A DNA stretch of 64,000 bases, taken from positions 8,669 to 72,668 of the forward strand of contig RFFV01000139.1 of NCBI GenBank assembly GCA_003695985.1, in the 5' to 3' direction. Numbering within the stretch: position 1 is the first letter of the stretch; the number at the start of each line of letters is the position of its first letter. This document shows positions 40,159 through 51,344 of this stretch, piece after piece. This stretch comes from Cyanobacteria bacterium J007. Lineage in GTDB: Bacteria; Cyanobacteriota; Cyanobacteriia; Cyanobacteriales; Laspinemataceae. The position numbers were made by a program, and so were the translations under genes. The notes beneath the pieces were generated by a model. That model was not told the DNA's origin and ran no database searches. It was given only the letters and a program-made list of their open reading frames with translations.

Positions 40159-41053
40159 AAGACCGCCGAATATTAAAACAGCACCAATCTTGACGCCGCC
40201 AAAGGGTCGCGACGACCCAGCCATGCTGTTCGAGGGTATCGGCGACAGGTTTCGCTTGTTCGAGCAGCACCCCACTAATAATTCCCCAGGTACTCGGCTT
40301 GCAAATATGATCCATCTCGGGAATTAAATCTAAAATAGTTTCGGCGAGGATATTGCAAATAATGCCATCGACAGGTTCTTCAATCAGTTGTTTGACCCGT
40401 TCGACACTGCCGAGTTTAACTAACATTTTCGACTCGGCAATTTTATTGAGTTCGCGACACCGACGGGCGGCCCGAACGGCGAGGGGGTCGATATCCACCG
40501 AGTAGGCTTTTCCGGCGCCCAACAACAGCGCCCCAATGGATAAAATCCCCGAACCGCAACCGATATCGGCCACTTGTACCCCAGAATCGCTCGGATCGAA
40601 GCCCAAACGCATTTCTAACGCTTCGAGACAGAGTTGAGTGGTGGCGTGGGCGCCCGTACCGAAAGCGGCGCCGGGGGCCAAGCGCAGCAGCAGGCGATCG
40701 CACTGTTCCGGAAGGGGAAGCCACGCCGGATAAATCAAAAAGCGATCGCCGATCTCTTGCGGGTGCCAGTGTTTTTTCCAACTGATCGCCCAATCTTCCT
40801 CCTCAATTAAATTCCACTGCATCGCGGGAGTGGGCAATCCGATCGCGAGAGCATCTTGGCGCAACAGTAGGGAAAGCGCGGACAAATCCAGCATTTGAGC
40901 GCGTTCCTGGGGCAGATAGGTGGAAATCAAACAGGAATGACCCTTTAGTTCCGTGGCCATCCCGCGACAGCCGAAATTTTCCAAGCGCCAGAAGATCGAA
41001 TCTTCCAGAGCCGGATCGCACAGCACTTGAATTTCCCACCAATTGTTGGCCAT
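40157..41053 (-). CDS. prmA: Ribosomal protein L11 methyltransferase.
   Basis: SAM-binding motif [23 protein letters not shown] extends to 41140; the internal ATG at 41053 ([11 protein letters not shown]...) fits the PrmA N-terminus. Confidence 0.8.
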
Positions 41054-41178
41054 AGTTCGCAATTGAAGACTTCGGGGGTGAGCAGTTGGGGAATGCACCG
41101 AGAGGAGAGGGGCGGGAGATCCACTCGTCCGCGACCCCACCGATCCCCTTTCCTTCCGATCTCAGTGGCGATCGCCGC

Positions 41179-42762
41179 TTACAGCGTTACGGTGTAAGCA
41201 TCCCGGATCCCCGGTACCTTCTTGATTTCATCGAGCAATCCATCCGGCAGGGGATCGTCAATACTCAAAACCATCACCGCATCGCCGCGTACAATTTTGC
41301 GACCGACTTGCATACTGGCAATATTGACGTTAAAACTGCCGAGCAAAGACCCGATTTTGCCGATAATTCCCGGCATATCGCGGTGTCTTGTAAACAGCAT
41401 ATAGTGATTTGGGGGAACGTTAATCGGAAATTCGTCAATATCGGTGATTCGGATTTCACCATCCCCTAACAAAGCCCCCGTCACCGCGTGATCTCCTAAC
41501 GATCCCTTAGCTTCCAAGTGAAGCGATCCGGCATAGTCGCGAATCGACGCATCGCGGGTTTCGATCACGCGGATGCCCCGTTCTTTAGCCTCGATGCTGG
41601 CGTTGACGTAATTGACGCGCTCGCGCAGGGCTTGGGATAACAAACCCTTGAGGGCGGCGACAACCACGGGTTGACTGTCGTTGTTCGCCAAATCCCCTTG
41701 CATCCGGACGTTGAGCAACTCGATGCGACCGCCCGCGACTTGTCCGACCAAATTACCCAACGTTTCCGCCAATTGCAGATAAGGTCTGAGTTTTTCGAGG
41801 GCGTCGGGATAGAGTCCGGGGATGTTGACCGCCGAACGGGCGGGCAATCCGAGCAGAACATCCCTGATTTGTTCGGCAACATCGATCGCCACATTCACTT
41901 GAGCTTCTGCGGTAGAAGCGCCCAAATGCGGGGTCAGGATCAACTGTTTGCCGACACTGCGCAGGGGGGAATCGGCTTCGAGGGGTTCGTTTTCAAACAC
42001 ATCTAAAGCGGCGCCGCCGATCCGTTCTTCCCGCAGGGCTTCCGCTAAGGCGGCTTCGTCGATAATCCCGCCTCGGGAACAGTTGACAATCCGCACGTTG
42101 GGCTTCATTTTCGCCAAGGCGGCGGCGTCGATCATGTTCGCCGTTTCTGCGGTTTTGGGAACGTGGAGGGTGATGTAGTCGGCTTCGCGGAAGAGCAGGT
42201 CGAGATCGACCAAGCGACAGCCGATTTGTTCGGCCCGTTCGGTGGAAATGAACGGATCGTAGGCAATCAATTTCATGCCCATCGCTTTAGCGGCGGCGGC
42301 GACGTGGGAGCCGATTTTCCCCAAACCGACGATCCCGAGGGTTTTTTTATAAACTTCGGTACCGACAAACGCCTTGCGGTTCCACTTGCCGCTTTTGACC
42401 GATTGGTTGGCATCGGGAATGTAGCGAGAAAGGGAGAGCATCATGGCGATCGCGTGTTCGGCGGCAGCGATCGTATTGCCTTCGGGCGAGTTGACGACGA
42501 CAATCCCTTTACGAGTGGCTGTGGCAACGTCCACATTATCGACACCGACGCCCGCACGGCCAATAATTTTAAGCTGGGTCGCAGCTTCGATGATTTCTTT
42601 GGTGACGCGGGTGCCAGAACGAATCATCAGCGCGTCGTATTCTGGGATGACGCGCACTAAATCTTCCTGGGATAGACTGGTTTCGACATCGACTTGAGCG
42701 ACTTGCGAAAGGATATCAATCCCAGCTTGGTCAATTGGATCGGAGACGAGAAGCTTTGGCAT
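41179..42762 (-). CDS. serA: D-3-phosphoglycerate dehydrogenase with a C-terminal ACT domain.
   Basis: 527 aa. NAD-binding GLGKIGSHVA, catalytic region, and ACT domain at the C-terminus. Confidence 0.9.
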   Translation of the reverse strand: MPKLLVSDPIDQAGIDILSQVAQVDVETSLSQEDLVRVIPEYDALMIRSGTRVTKEIIEAATQLKIIGRAGVGVDNVDVATATRKGIVVVNSPEGNTIAAAEHAIAMMLSLSRYIPDANQSVKSGKWNRKAFVGTEVYKKTLGIVGLGKIGSHVAAAAKAMGMKLIAYDPFISTERAEQIGCRLVDLDLLFREADYITLHVPKTAETANMIDAAALAKMKPNVRIVNCSRGGIIDEAALAEALREERIGGAALDVFENEPLEADSPLRSVGKQLILTPHLGASTAEAQVNVAIDVAEQIRDVLLGLPARSAVNIPGLYPDALEKLRPYLQLAETLGNLVGQVAGGRIELLNVRMQGDLANNDSQPVVVAALKGLLSQALRERVNYVNASIEAKERGIRVIETRDASIRDYAGSLHLEAKGSLGDHAVTGALLGDGEIRITDIDEFPINVPPNHYMLFTRHRDMPGIIGKIGSLLGSFNVNIASMQVGRKIVRGDAVMVLSIDDPLPDGLLDEIKKVPGIRDAYTVTL

Positions 42763-43101
42763 GGTCAGCGTTTAAGTGGCAACAAAAAACAATAGTCCCG
42801 GAACGACTGAGGGTGAATGCATGAGCCGCAATAGCCGCCTAGCATTGGCGAGCTTCGGGACTTGACGGGCGATCGACATCGGTGGTGTCAAGCAGCAATC
42901 TTGCGCTTACCTCGCCACTCGGCAGACTTGCTGCAGTAGGACATTTTAACCGTAAATGGGGCGCTTACAGGGTCGAGGGGGGAAATTTTTTAGGTTGGCA
43001 AGGGGCGATCGCCTCGGCTTCACCCCAGTTATCGTGTTCTCGATTCTCCCCATTGCTCTAAAATTTTTATTTAATCGCAAAGATTTTCTGTTTTTTAGTT
43101 T

Positions 43102-43608
43102 ATGAATTATTTGGTTGCCGTTTTTCCCGATCGCATTCAGGCCGAAGAGGCGTACTGTACCCTCGAAAAAGAAGGCTTATCTGCGAATCAAATCCAAATT
43201 TTAGGCAAAGGCTACAAAAGCGCCGACGAGTTTGGCTTGATCGACCCGAACGAACAAGCGTACAAACAAATCAAATTTATGGCCCTGTGGTTGGTTCCGT
43301 TCGGATTTGCCGCCGGGACGACCTTCAGCATCATTACGGGCTTGAATACCTTCGCTTGGGCGGGGGAACTTGGCAATCACCTGGTCGGCGGTCTACTCGG
43401 CGCCGCTTCGGGAGCAATGGGCAGCTTTTTTGTCGGTGGCGGGGTCGGGATTGCCCTCGGTAGTGGTGACGCCCTCCCCTATCGCAATCGCCTCAATGCG
43501 GGGAAGTATTTAGTCGTGGTCACCGGAAGCGAAACCCTGACGCGCCAAGCGTCGCGACTGTTACGCAAGTTAGAACCGGAAAATTTGCAAGGGTACCAAC
43601 AACCCTAG
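43102..43608 (+). CDS. Hypothetical membrane protein (glycine-zipper type).
   Basis: 168 aa. Soluble N-terminal domain followed by Gly-rich TM helices (GGLLGAASGAMGSFFVGGGVGIALGSG). Confidence 0.5.
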   Translation: MNYLVAVFPDRIQAEEAYCTLEKEGLSANQIQILGKGYKSADEFGLIDPNEQAYKQIKFMALWLVPFGFAAGTTFSIITGLNTFAWAGELGNHLVGGLLGAASGAMGSFFVGGGVGIALGSGDALPYRNRLNAGKYLVVVTGSETLTRQASRLLRKLEPENLQGYQQP

Positions 43609-43951
43609 TGCGAGAGTGCGGCAACGGGGAGCGGGCGATCGCCGCCCCGCGCCCTTCCCGCTTCGTCGATCGCCAAAAAATATTTGTAAATCCCTCTAGA
43701 CATTGTAAGAACTCAGTGCTAATAATTGGGGAGCATCGAGGGGAAATCTGCCCCCGAACTGGCCTGATTTTTACGCTTCTTTGACCGCGCGATCGCCCGC
43801 TTGGCCGCAAACGAGGGCGATCGGCGAGGGTCGCATCTATACGCCATTTTTATATAACCGATGAAACGTCAGGGTTCGTCGGCGACAATTCCCTCGGGAA
43901 ATTTGGCATTTCCCCGGGTTCGATCGCCGATTTCAACATCACTCGATCGCG

Positions 43952-45721
43952 ATGGCTCCAGTGACGCGATCGCCCTGGACTCCTCTCTTTTTTCCTAAAG
44001 TGAGACACACAAAAAATAATTTAGATAAATTTTCCCTTCGCCAAGGGCTTGACCGAGTCGCACGACCCGCCCTTTGCCAACGGTTCTCCGTTGTTCTGAG
44101 ATCGACCCTCGGCGCGATCGCCCTCGTCGGCGCGGGATGGGCCGATCTCGGCGCGATCGCCGCCCCCAGAGAACCGGATCCCCTGGCTCAAATCACCTCG
44201 GTCTCACAATTGTCCGACGTGCAACCGACAGACTGGGCCTTTCAAGCCTTGCAATCCCTCGTGGAAACCTACGGCATCCTCCAAGGCTATCCCGATGGCA
44301 GTTTTCGCGGCGATCGCGCCCTCACCCGCTACGAATTCGCCGCCGGACTCAATGCCTTTCTCGACACGATCGCCGTCGGACCCGTAGACCTGACCCCAGA
44401 AGATCTCGCCGTGGTCGAACGACTGCAAGCGGAATTTGCCGCCGAACTCGCCGCCACCCGCGATCGTCTCGCCGACGTAGAAACCCGCCTCGCCGACCTA
44501 GACGCCCGTCAATTCTCCACCACCACCAAACTCAACGTCCTCGCCACCTTCAACGTCGCCGCCGCCACGGCGGGGGACGATCTGCGGGTCAATCGCCTCG
44601 ATCCCGGCGACACGGGCAGTGGTTCCGGACGGGACGCCGACGGTCGGGCGATCGTCAGTCGCGTTCGCGAAGACCCCAGCATCACCTTTTCCGAGGCGAT
44701 CGCCTTCTTTCTCACCACTTCTTTCACCGGAAAAGATAGTTTAATTACCACCTTGGTCACCGGAAATGGTAACTCGCCGACCAATAACTATACATCGGAC
44801 GGCTGGTTTAACAGTTTCGGCACCCCGGTTTTAAATCTCACACCCACCCCAGAAACGAACCGCCTCAGTATTTCCGAGGCCGTTTATATTTTCCCCGTTA
44901 CCTCTTCCGTACAACTGGCGATCGGGCCAAAATTCCTGTGGTCGCGCTTCTTCGACAGTAACGCCTTTACCTCCGCTTTCGGTCGCGGCGCCAGTGGTTT
45001 CGATACTTACGGCTCTCCCCTGATTAACGATCTCGCCCGCAGTTCCGGAGCTGTCGCCACCTGGCGCATCAGCGAACAGTTCGAGTTACGCCTCGGTTAC
45101 GCGGCGATCGATAGTAGCGACCCCAGTGAGGGTTTATTTCGCGGCGATCGCGCCCTCACCACACAATTGACTATCTCTCCCGTTCCCAATCTCAACTTAC
45201 GCTTACTCTACGATCGCTCCCAAATCGCAGCCAGCAACGGTCAAGTGAGCGGCAGACCTCTCATCGGTGTCGCCGACGACGGCTTCGGCGGCGATCTCGA
45301 AGACGCCAACGCCGATGTCTTCGCGGTCAATTTCGATTGGTTAGTTTCCCCGAAATTCGGGCTGTTCGGACGCTACAGCTACGGCAATATCGATATCGAT
45401 CCGGCGAGCGATGCGGTTCCCGGCGGCGATTTGACCGTCCAGTCCCTCCAACTCGGCATGGCATTTCCCGATTTGGGCAAAGAAGGATCGTTAGCCACTT
45501 TATCTTATATTATTCCCTTCAGTCCGATCGAAGGACGACGATTTTTACTGTCCGGCGATGGCGATGGCGGAACTCAGTACGAAATCGAAGCGACCTATTA
45601 TTTTCCCGTTACCGATAAAATTGCGGTGATTCCTTCCTTATATTGGATTGGTAATGCCAATAATTTTAATAGAAATCCCAATATTTATACGGGAACGGTG
45701 AGAACGCAGTTTAATTTTTAG
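43952..45721 (+). CDS. Cyanobacterial outer-membrane porin (N-terminal SLH domain plus OprB-family beta-barrel); start uncertain.
   Basis: SLH motif DWAFQALQSLVETYGILQGYPDGSFRGDRALTRYEFAAGLNA, a coiled-coil linker, then a beta-barrel with a C-terminal aromatic residue (…RTQFNF). No ATG follows the signal-peptide-like segment, so the true start may be a non-ATG codon downstream of 43952. Confidence 0.75.
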   Translation: MAPVTRSPWTPLFFPKVRHTKNNLDKFSLRQGLDRVARPALCQRFSVVLRSTLGAIALVGAGWADLGAIAAPREPDPLAQITSVSQLSDVQPTDWAFQALQSLVETYGILQGYPDGSFRGDRALTRYEFAAGLNAFLDTIAVGPVDLTPEDLAVVERLQAEFAAELAATRDRLADVETRLADLDARQFSTTTKLNVLATFNVAAATAGDDLRVNRLDPGDTGSGSGRDADGRAIVSRVREDPSITFSEAIAFFLTTSFTGKDSLITTLVTGNGNSPTNNYTSDGWFNSFGTPVLNLTPTPETNRLSISEAVYIFPVTSSVQLAIGPKFLWSRFFDSNAFTSAFGRGASGFDTYGSPLINDLARSSGAVATWRISEQFELRLGYAAIDSSDPSEGLFRGDRALTTQLTISPVPNLNLRLLYDRSQIAASNGQVSGRPLIGVADDGFGGDLEDANADVFAVNFDWLVSPKFGLFGRYSYGNIDIDPASDAVPGGDLTVQSLQLGMAFPDLGKEGSLATLSYIIPFSPIEGRRFLLSGDGDGGTQYEIEATYYFPVTDKIAVIPSLYWIGNANNFNRNPNIYTGTVRTQFNF

Positions 45722-46128
45722 AACGGCGGTCGAAATCGAGAATTGTCACCCCTTCGGTAATACCGTAAAATTGCTGATTTTAACCCCAGGCGATCGCCCG
45801 TCCTCCCTGGGCGATCGAGAACCTAATTCACCCCATTTATTGAAACAAGAAATGTAGGGATACGGCAATCTCGTCTCCCTACCTCCGCAACCTTAATTTA
45901 AAGATTTCTTGAAAGAAAATTGGACGAGAATAAATCTCGATCGCCCCCCATTTCGATCCCCTTTTCGAGGACGACGAGGGGCGATCTTCCTCCGTCAACA
46001 TGCTGCAAACGGGTTAGCTTTGAAACCCTCATGTTAAAATTAAGTAAAAGCACGTAACCAACTGACCGTAAGAATACCGAATCGCGAGCGATCGCGCGAT
46101 CGCCGATTGAGGTCAACTCCGCCAACTC

Positions 46129-46710
46129 ATGCAGCTAGGAGGCACGATTTCCATGAACCGTCCCACATTGCTGACTGCCAGCGCCCTCGCCCTCGTCCTG
46201 GGATGCTCCCTTCCCACCCTCGCCCAAGTCAATGCCCCGGTGCAAGAGCTGCTAGAAACCCGGAACGGTGCGGGTTTCAACCTCAACGGCGCCGATCTGT
46301 CCGGTCGCGATTTGGTGGGGGTCGATCTGCGCGGGGCCAACCTCAACGGCGCCGATTTATCCGGCGCTAATTTATCCGGTGCGAACTTAACCGGGGCCAA
46401 CCTCAGAGGGGCAAATTTACGCGCCGCCAATCTAACAGAAGCCGATTTATCCGTTGCCAATTTAGTCGAAGCGACCTTAGACGGAGCTAATTTACAAGAC
46501 GCACTGTTAAAAGCTGCAAACTTGAGTGGAGCCCATTTAGTAGAAGTAGATTTGCGCAATGCCGATTTATTTCGGGCAAATTTGAATGCGGCAAACTTAA
46601 GAGGCTCGAATTTACTCAATGCCAATTTTAATGCAGCGAATTTAATCGGGGCGAACGTCCTCGGTTCGAGAGGCGGTAACTTTACCAATGCTATTGGGTT
46701 TACGCCATAA
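46129..46710 (+). CDS. Secreted pentapeptide-repeat protein.
   Basis: Signal peptide with a lipobox-like LGC, then tandem A(N/D)LxG pentapeptides. The antisense ORF 46113..46745 is a repeat artefact. Confidence 0.7.
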   Translation: MQLGGTISMNRPTLLTASALALVLGCSLPTLAQVNAPVQELLETRNGAGFNLNGADLSGRDLVGVDLRGANLNGADLSGANLSGANLTGANLRGANLRAANLTEADLSVANLVEATLDGANLQDALLKAANLSGAHLVEVDLRNADLFRANLNAANLRGSNLLNANFNAANLIGANVLGSRGGNFTNAIGFTP

Positions 46711-46918
46711 ATAAGAGGGAGTGAGGGCGTCGGAGCGATCGCCACCGGAGCGATCGAAAATGCAGGTCAAATCGCGATGTTTTTATTTGTTTTAAAAGAA
46801 AAATTATCGCAGGTCTGCGGTCGATCGAAAACGGGGATTTTTTTAGAGAGAACCTGTTAGCGATCGCCGGAGCGGGGGAACACTAAGCGACAAGATTATA
46901 AATTACGGGGGGGAAACC

Positions 46919-47530
46919 GTGAAACTCAGTCTTTTACTCTCTTTAGTTTTACCCGTAGCGATCGCTTGGTCGAGTCCCGGTCACGCCGCCAACCCAGAAC
47001 ACGTCACCCAATTGTTACAAACGAAACAATGCGAGGGATGCGATTTAAGTGATGCGGATTTAGTCGGGGCGGATTTGCGCGAAGCGAACTTAAAGGGTGC
47101 GAATTTAACGGGAGCAAATTTAGAAGCGGCGAACCTGTGTAATGCAGATTTATCAGAAACAAATTTAGAACAGGCTATCTTAATTAATGCCAATTTATTT
47201 GAAGCGAACTTATCTGGAGTCAATCTCAGACAAGCGCAGTTAGGGAATGCCAATCTCAGTTTTATTAATTTAAGTCGTTCGGACTTAAACGGGGCGAATT
47301 TATCCCAAGCCAATTTAGGGATGGCCAACTTGAGCGATGGGAACTTAAGTTATACCAATTTACGCGGAGCCAATTTAATCGGTGCAAATTTAAGCGGAGT
47401 CAGTTGGGAAGCGGCAAATCTGACCGACGCTCATTTAGATCCTGCCAGTATCAACGAGGCGAACGGGTTGGGAACGGGAGAAACCAGCGCCGTCGAAGTG
47501 ACGGAACGCGATCGCGCCCGAGTCCGATAA
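46919..47530 (+). CDS. Secreted pentapeptide-repeat protein.
   Basis: Signal peptide MKLSLLLSLVLPVAIAWSSPGHA followed by pentapeptide repeats. Confidence 0.75.
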   Translation: MKLSLLLSLVLPVAIAWSSPGHAANPEHVTQLLQTKQCEGCDLSDADLVGADLREANLKGANLTGANLEAANLCNADLSETNLEQAILINANLFEANLSGVNLRQAQLGNANLSFINLSRSDLNGANLSQANLGMANLSDGNLSYTNLRGANLIGANLSGVSWEAANLTDAHLDPASINEANGLGTGETSAVEVTERDRARVR

Positions 47531-47571
47531 AGGCTTTTGAGTTGAAAAAATTTAGTTCGCTCGACGTACAG

Positions 47572-47600
47572 ATAACCCGCTTTGGCGGGTTATTTTTTGT
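47572..47600 (+). terminator. Rho-independent terminator.
   Basis: ATAACCCGC-TTTG-GCGGGTTAT followed by TTTTTTG. Confidence 0.8.
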
Positions 47601-47800
47601 TAGCGATCGAAAGGACAACGAAAAAATAACCGGATCGATCCGGGTCGTGCTAGCTCGCGCTGCTCGCTTCGATCGCCATTGTAAATGATGGGTAACTCAA
47701 GTCGGGAGCAAGATGCTCCCACAGGGAACAAGATCTTCCCAGGACCGAGGGGTTGAGCTAGGCAAGCCGGACTCAACGGATTGAGAAATGCTATACAATC

Positions 47801-47854
47801 GAAAATCTAAAATCTAAAATCTAATTTAAAATCTAAAATCTAAAATCTAATTTA
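47801..47854. repeat. Heptamer tandem repeat (AAAATCT units with AATTTAA spacers), STRR-like.
   Basis: aaaatctaaaatctaaaatctaatttaaaatctaaaatctaaaatctaatttaa. Confidence 0.8.
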
Positions 47855-47910
47855 AAAGGCGGCCTTGGGTTTAACATAAACCAAAGATAACCCCTAAAGA
47901 AAAACAACGA

Positions 47911-49350
47911 TTGACAACTATGGAAACAGGCAATCTACCCGAGGCAGAAGCGATCGCGGGGGAAAGCTTACCGCGAATCAATCTCGCCACCATGTTTCGC
48001 TTGGGCTTATTTCAAATGGGCTTGGGCATCATGTCCGTGTTGACCCTCGGCGTGATCAACCGGATTGCCATTGACGAGCTCAAAGTCCCCGCCCTGATTG
48101 CCGCCGGGGCGATCGCCATGCACCAATTTGTCGCCCCGGCGCGGGTATGGTTCGGGCAAATGTCCGACGCCAAACCGATCGCCGGACTGCACCGAACGCC
48201 CTATATTTGGGGAGGAAGCATCTTATTTACCGCCATGTCCTTCGTAGCGGTGCAAGTTGTCTGGCAATTGGGTCAGTCGATGGAACAAGCGGGGGGCTGG
48301 ACCCCGGACAGTTACGGCTGGGCTGCGGTTTTCGGGTTAGTCTTTTCCGGTTACGGTTTGGCCCTCAGTGCCAGTTCTACGCCCTTTGCGGCGTTGTTAG
48401 TCGATATTTCCGACGAAGACAACCGTTCTAAATTAGTCGGCACAGTTTGGTCGATGTTGATGGTGGGGATTATTATCGGGGCGATCGTCAGCAGTGTGTT
48501 GCTCAAACAAATTGCCCTCGACACGCCCATCGAACAGTTACAAGCGTCGGTCAATCGTTTATTTTTAACTGTCCCGGCGATCGTCGTGTTTTTGACCTTT
48601 ATCGCGACCGTCGGCGTGGAACAGAACTATTCTCGCTATTCCCAGCGTTCTAGCGTCGCCCATCGCGAAGATAAAATCACCCTGGGTCATGCCTTGCGGG
48701 TATTGACCGCCAGCCGCCAGACGGGCATCTTTTTCTCATTTCTGCTGGTAATGAGTATCAGCCTGTTCATGCAAGATGCAGTGATGGAACCTTACGGCGG
48801 CGAAGTTTTCGGAATGCCGATCGCCGAAACCACCAAACTCAATGCTTTTTTTGGCATGGGAACCTTAATCGGGATTAGCTTGACAGGTTTTGCGATCGCG
48901 CCGCGTTTGGGCAAACAGCAAACGACCAAAATCGGTTGTATCGGGGTTTCCGGTTGTTTGGCATTGCTGGCCCTGGCGGGTTTTGTCGCCGAACCGTCGA
49001 TGTTGATGGGGGCGTTGCTACTGTACGGCTTCGGGTCTGGAGTGATTACCACCGGGGCGATCAGTTTGATGCTCGATCTGACGGCGGCGGAAACGGCGGG
49101 AACCTTTATCGGGGCGTGGGGATTGGCCCAGGCGATCGCGCGCGGACTGGCAACCGTCACCGGGGGGGCCGTCTTAGATTTGGGTCGGGCGATCTTTCAG
49201 AGTCCGGTGTTGGCTTACAGTACCGTGTTCGCGGTTCAATACGTCGGCATGATCTCGGCGGTGGCGCTGTTGCGGCGGGTCAATGCAGTAGAATTCCAAG
49301 CAAATGCCAAACAGGCGATCGCCGCCGTCATGGAAGGCGAACTCGACTGA
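47911..49350 (+). CDS. PucC/BCD-family MFS transporter.
   Basis: 479 aa, 12 TM helices, N-terminus LFQMGLGIMSVLTLGVINRI typical of PucC/LhaA-like proteins. Confidence 0.7.
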   Translation: MTTMETGNLPEAEAIAGESLPRINLATMFRLGLFQMGLGIMSVLTLGVINRIAIDELKVPALIAAGAIAMHQFVAPARVWFGQMSDAKPIAGLHRTPYIWGGSILFTAMSFVAVQVVWQLGQSMEQAGGWTPDSYGWAAVFGLVFSGYGLALSASSTPFAALLVDISDEDNRSKLVGTVWSMLMVGIIIGAIVSSVLLKQIALDTPIEQLQASVNRLFLTVPAIVVFLTFIATVGVEQNYSRYSQRSSVAHREDKITLGHALRVLTASRQTGIFFSFLLVMSISLFMQDAVMEPYGGEVFGMPIAETTKLNAFFGMGTLIGISLTGFAIAPRLGKQQTTKIGCIGVSGCLALLALAGFVAEPSMLMGALLLYGFGSGVITTGAISLMLDLTAAETAGTFIGAWGLAQAIARGLATVTGGAVLDLGRAIFQSPVLAYSTVFAVQYVGMISAVALLRRVNAVEFQANAKQAIAAVMEGELD

Positions 49351-49445
49351 ATCGGAATTTGGGATAGTCCCAGAGAGTTACGCGAGGTTTTCACGGGCCA
49401 TGTTTTTGATAATCTGAACTCTAAAATTTAACCTCTAAAAGTTGG

Positions 49446-50258
49446 ATGCGTGATTTTTGGGATAGGGTTTTAAACTTTGCCGAGACGACGACGGGGAAAG
49501 TCGGTAACGATCTCATGGCAGATTTCGGTCAAGTTCAGCCGTCGGAAAAGGCGGATGGCAGCTTGGTAACGCAATCGGACAAATGGGCCGATCGCGAAAT
49601 CCGCGAGGCCATTTCTGGCGTATTCCCGGACTTCGGCATTTTGAGCGAGGAAGGCGACACCTGTTTTGGCGGCGACGAATGGTGTTGGGTCGTCGATCCC
49701 CTCGACGGAACGACCAATTTCGCCCGCAGTATTCCGATTTGGGGAATTTCTTTGGGATTGTTCTATCGCGGAACTCCCGTGTTCGGTTACGTGCACCTCC
49801 CACCTCTGGGACAGTCCTTTTATGGGTTTTGGTACGGCGACACCGGGTTAGACGGCCCGCAAGGGGCATTTCTCAACAATCGGGCGATCGCCACCAGTGC
49901 GGACGAACCGAGTGGCAACCACTTTTTCAGCTTTTGTTCGCGATCGATCCGCTTGTTTCACGAACCATTTCCCTGCAAAATTCGCCTGCTAGGAGTCGCC
50001 AGCTATAACTTTTTGATGGTCGCCAACGGGGTTACCCTCGGCGGGGTCGAAGCGACGCCGAAGATTTGGGATATTGCCGGAGTTTGGCCGATCGTCCGCG
50101 CCGCCGGAGGAACCTGGGTGGAATTGCAATCGACCCCGATCTTTCCCCTCAACCCCGGGGAAGATTACGGCGATCGCAACTTCCCGACCTTAGTAGTTGC
50201 TCACGGGGATTTAACCGGGGTGTTTCGCCCCCTTGTTTCGGAATTAGTCACCTTTTGA
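49446..50258 (+). CDS. Inositol-monophosphatase family protein.
   Basis: WVVDPLDGTTNF metal-binding motif. Confidence 0.8.
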   Translation: MRDFWDRVLNFAETTTGKVGNDLMADFGQVQPSEKADGSLVTQSDKWADREIREAISGVFPDFGILSEEGDTCFGGDEWCWVVDPLDGTTNFARSIPIWGISLGLFYRGTPVFGYVHLPPLGQSFYGFWYGDTGLDGPQGAFLNNRAIATSADEPSGNHFFSFCSRSIRLFHEPFPCKIRLLGVASYNFLMVANGVTLGGVEATPKIWDIAGVWPIVRAAGGTWVELQSTPIFPLNPGEDYGDRNFPTLVVAHGDLTGVFRPLVSELVTF

Positions 50259-51188
50259 CCGATCGCCCGACGCCGTGGGGTCGTGAGTCCAGACAAAATC
50301 GGCGATCGCCCGTCCTCCGGGATTGGGTAAGCTCTCCGGCGGGTCGAACACCAGCGATCGCTGTACGAAGTCGCGGCGATCGCCCATCCGTCGGGCGACG
50401 CGATCGGGAATCCCGTAACCGTAGACCACGTGACCGCTTCCGGTCAACACCACCACTTGATAGTCTTCGTTATCCTCCAGGAATTCGGCGATCCTTTCCG
50501 CCATCGTTTCGTCCCACAATACTTGCACGAAGAAGAAGCGATCGAGATCTTCACTCGACCCGTGACCCGCTTGCGCGTGTTGCTCGTACACCCCGCGCAA
50601 TAAGGCTCGATAGTCTTCGTTATCGAGGTCGATTTGTTCCCGAGGCGGGATATACTGGCGATCGCCCTCGTCGAGGCTCTCCCAGCCTTCCCGCGCCAGT
50701 TTGCGCGTCACTTCACTCGGCACGTTTAAGGCGAGGGTCGGTAACTGTTGCGCTTGGGCAAACCGCAGGATCGGCGCGTAATTTTCCCACGGAAATCCCC
50801 ATCGGCGATCGTATTCGGTTTGTTCCACCAACTGAGCCTCGTCCAATTCTCCCGCCAGATAGGCATCGATCGCCCCCTGATACGGTCGTTGGAACATTTC
50901 CATCGCGATCGCCACTTTGGGATTTTGAGCCTGTAACGCCTGGATAATGGCCAACTGCGCTCGATGGTCCGCTTGGCGATCGTGAGTTTCGCCTAAATAA
51001 ATCACTCGTGCGTCGGCCCATTCCGCCGCCAGTTGCCGCGCCCGCACCTCCGGCGATCTCACTTCTACCTCGGACGAGCGGTCCGCCACGGGTTCGGCGA
51101 TCGCACGAGCGATCGTCCATGTATTGCAAACCAGCAGCACGCTCAACGAACAAGCACACAAAGCAGCAAGAGAATAAGATTTCATCAT
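50244..51188 (-). CDS. ChaN-family (DUF399, Tiki/TraB-like) lipoprotein.
   Basis: Signal peptide with Cys (LAALCACSLS); VIYLGETHDRQADH motif. Confidence 0.65.
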   Translation of the reverse strand: MMKSYSLAALCACSLSVLLVCNTWTIARAIAEPVADRSSEVEVRSPEVRARQLAAEWADARVIYLGETHDRQADHRAQLAIIQALQAQNPKVAIAMEMFQRPYQGAIDAYLAGELDEAQLVEQTEYDRRWGFPWENYAPILRFAQAQQLPTLALNVPSEVTRKLAREGWESLDEGDRQYIPPREQIDLDNEDYRALLRGVYEQHAQAGHGSSEDLDRFFFVQVLWDETMAERIAEFLEDNEDYQVVVLTGSGHVVYGYGIPDRVARRMGDRRDFVQRSLVFDPPESLPNPGGRAIADFVWTHDPTASGDRSKGD

Positions 51189-51344
51189 CTAGGCGATCGC
51201 ACTTTTGTTTTTAATTCTTTTCCTATTGTAAGCCCCTCGCCATCAAAACTATCTCTATCCCTTGACGATACCGACGGATTGAGGTCGTTATCCCTTGAGT
51301 CGCCGTCCTCGATCGCGATCGAACACCCTATATTGGCTTTTCCT

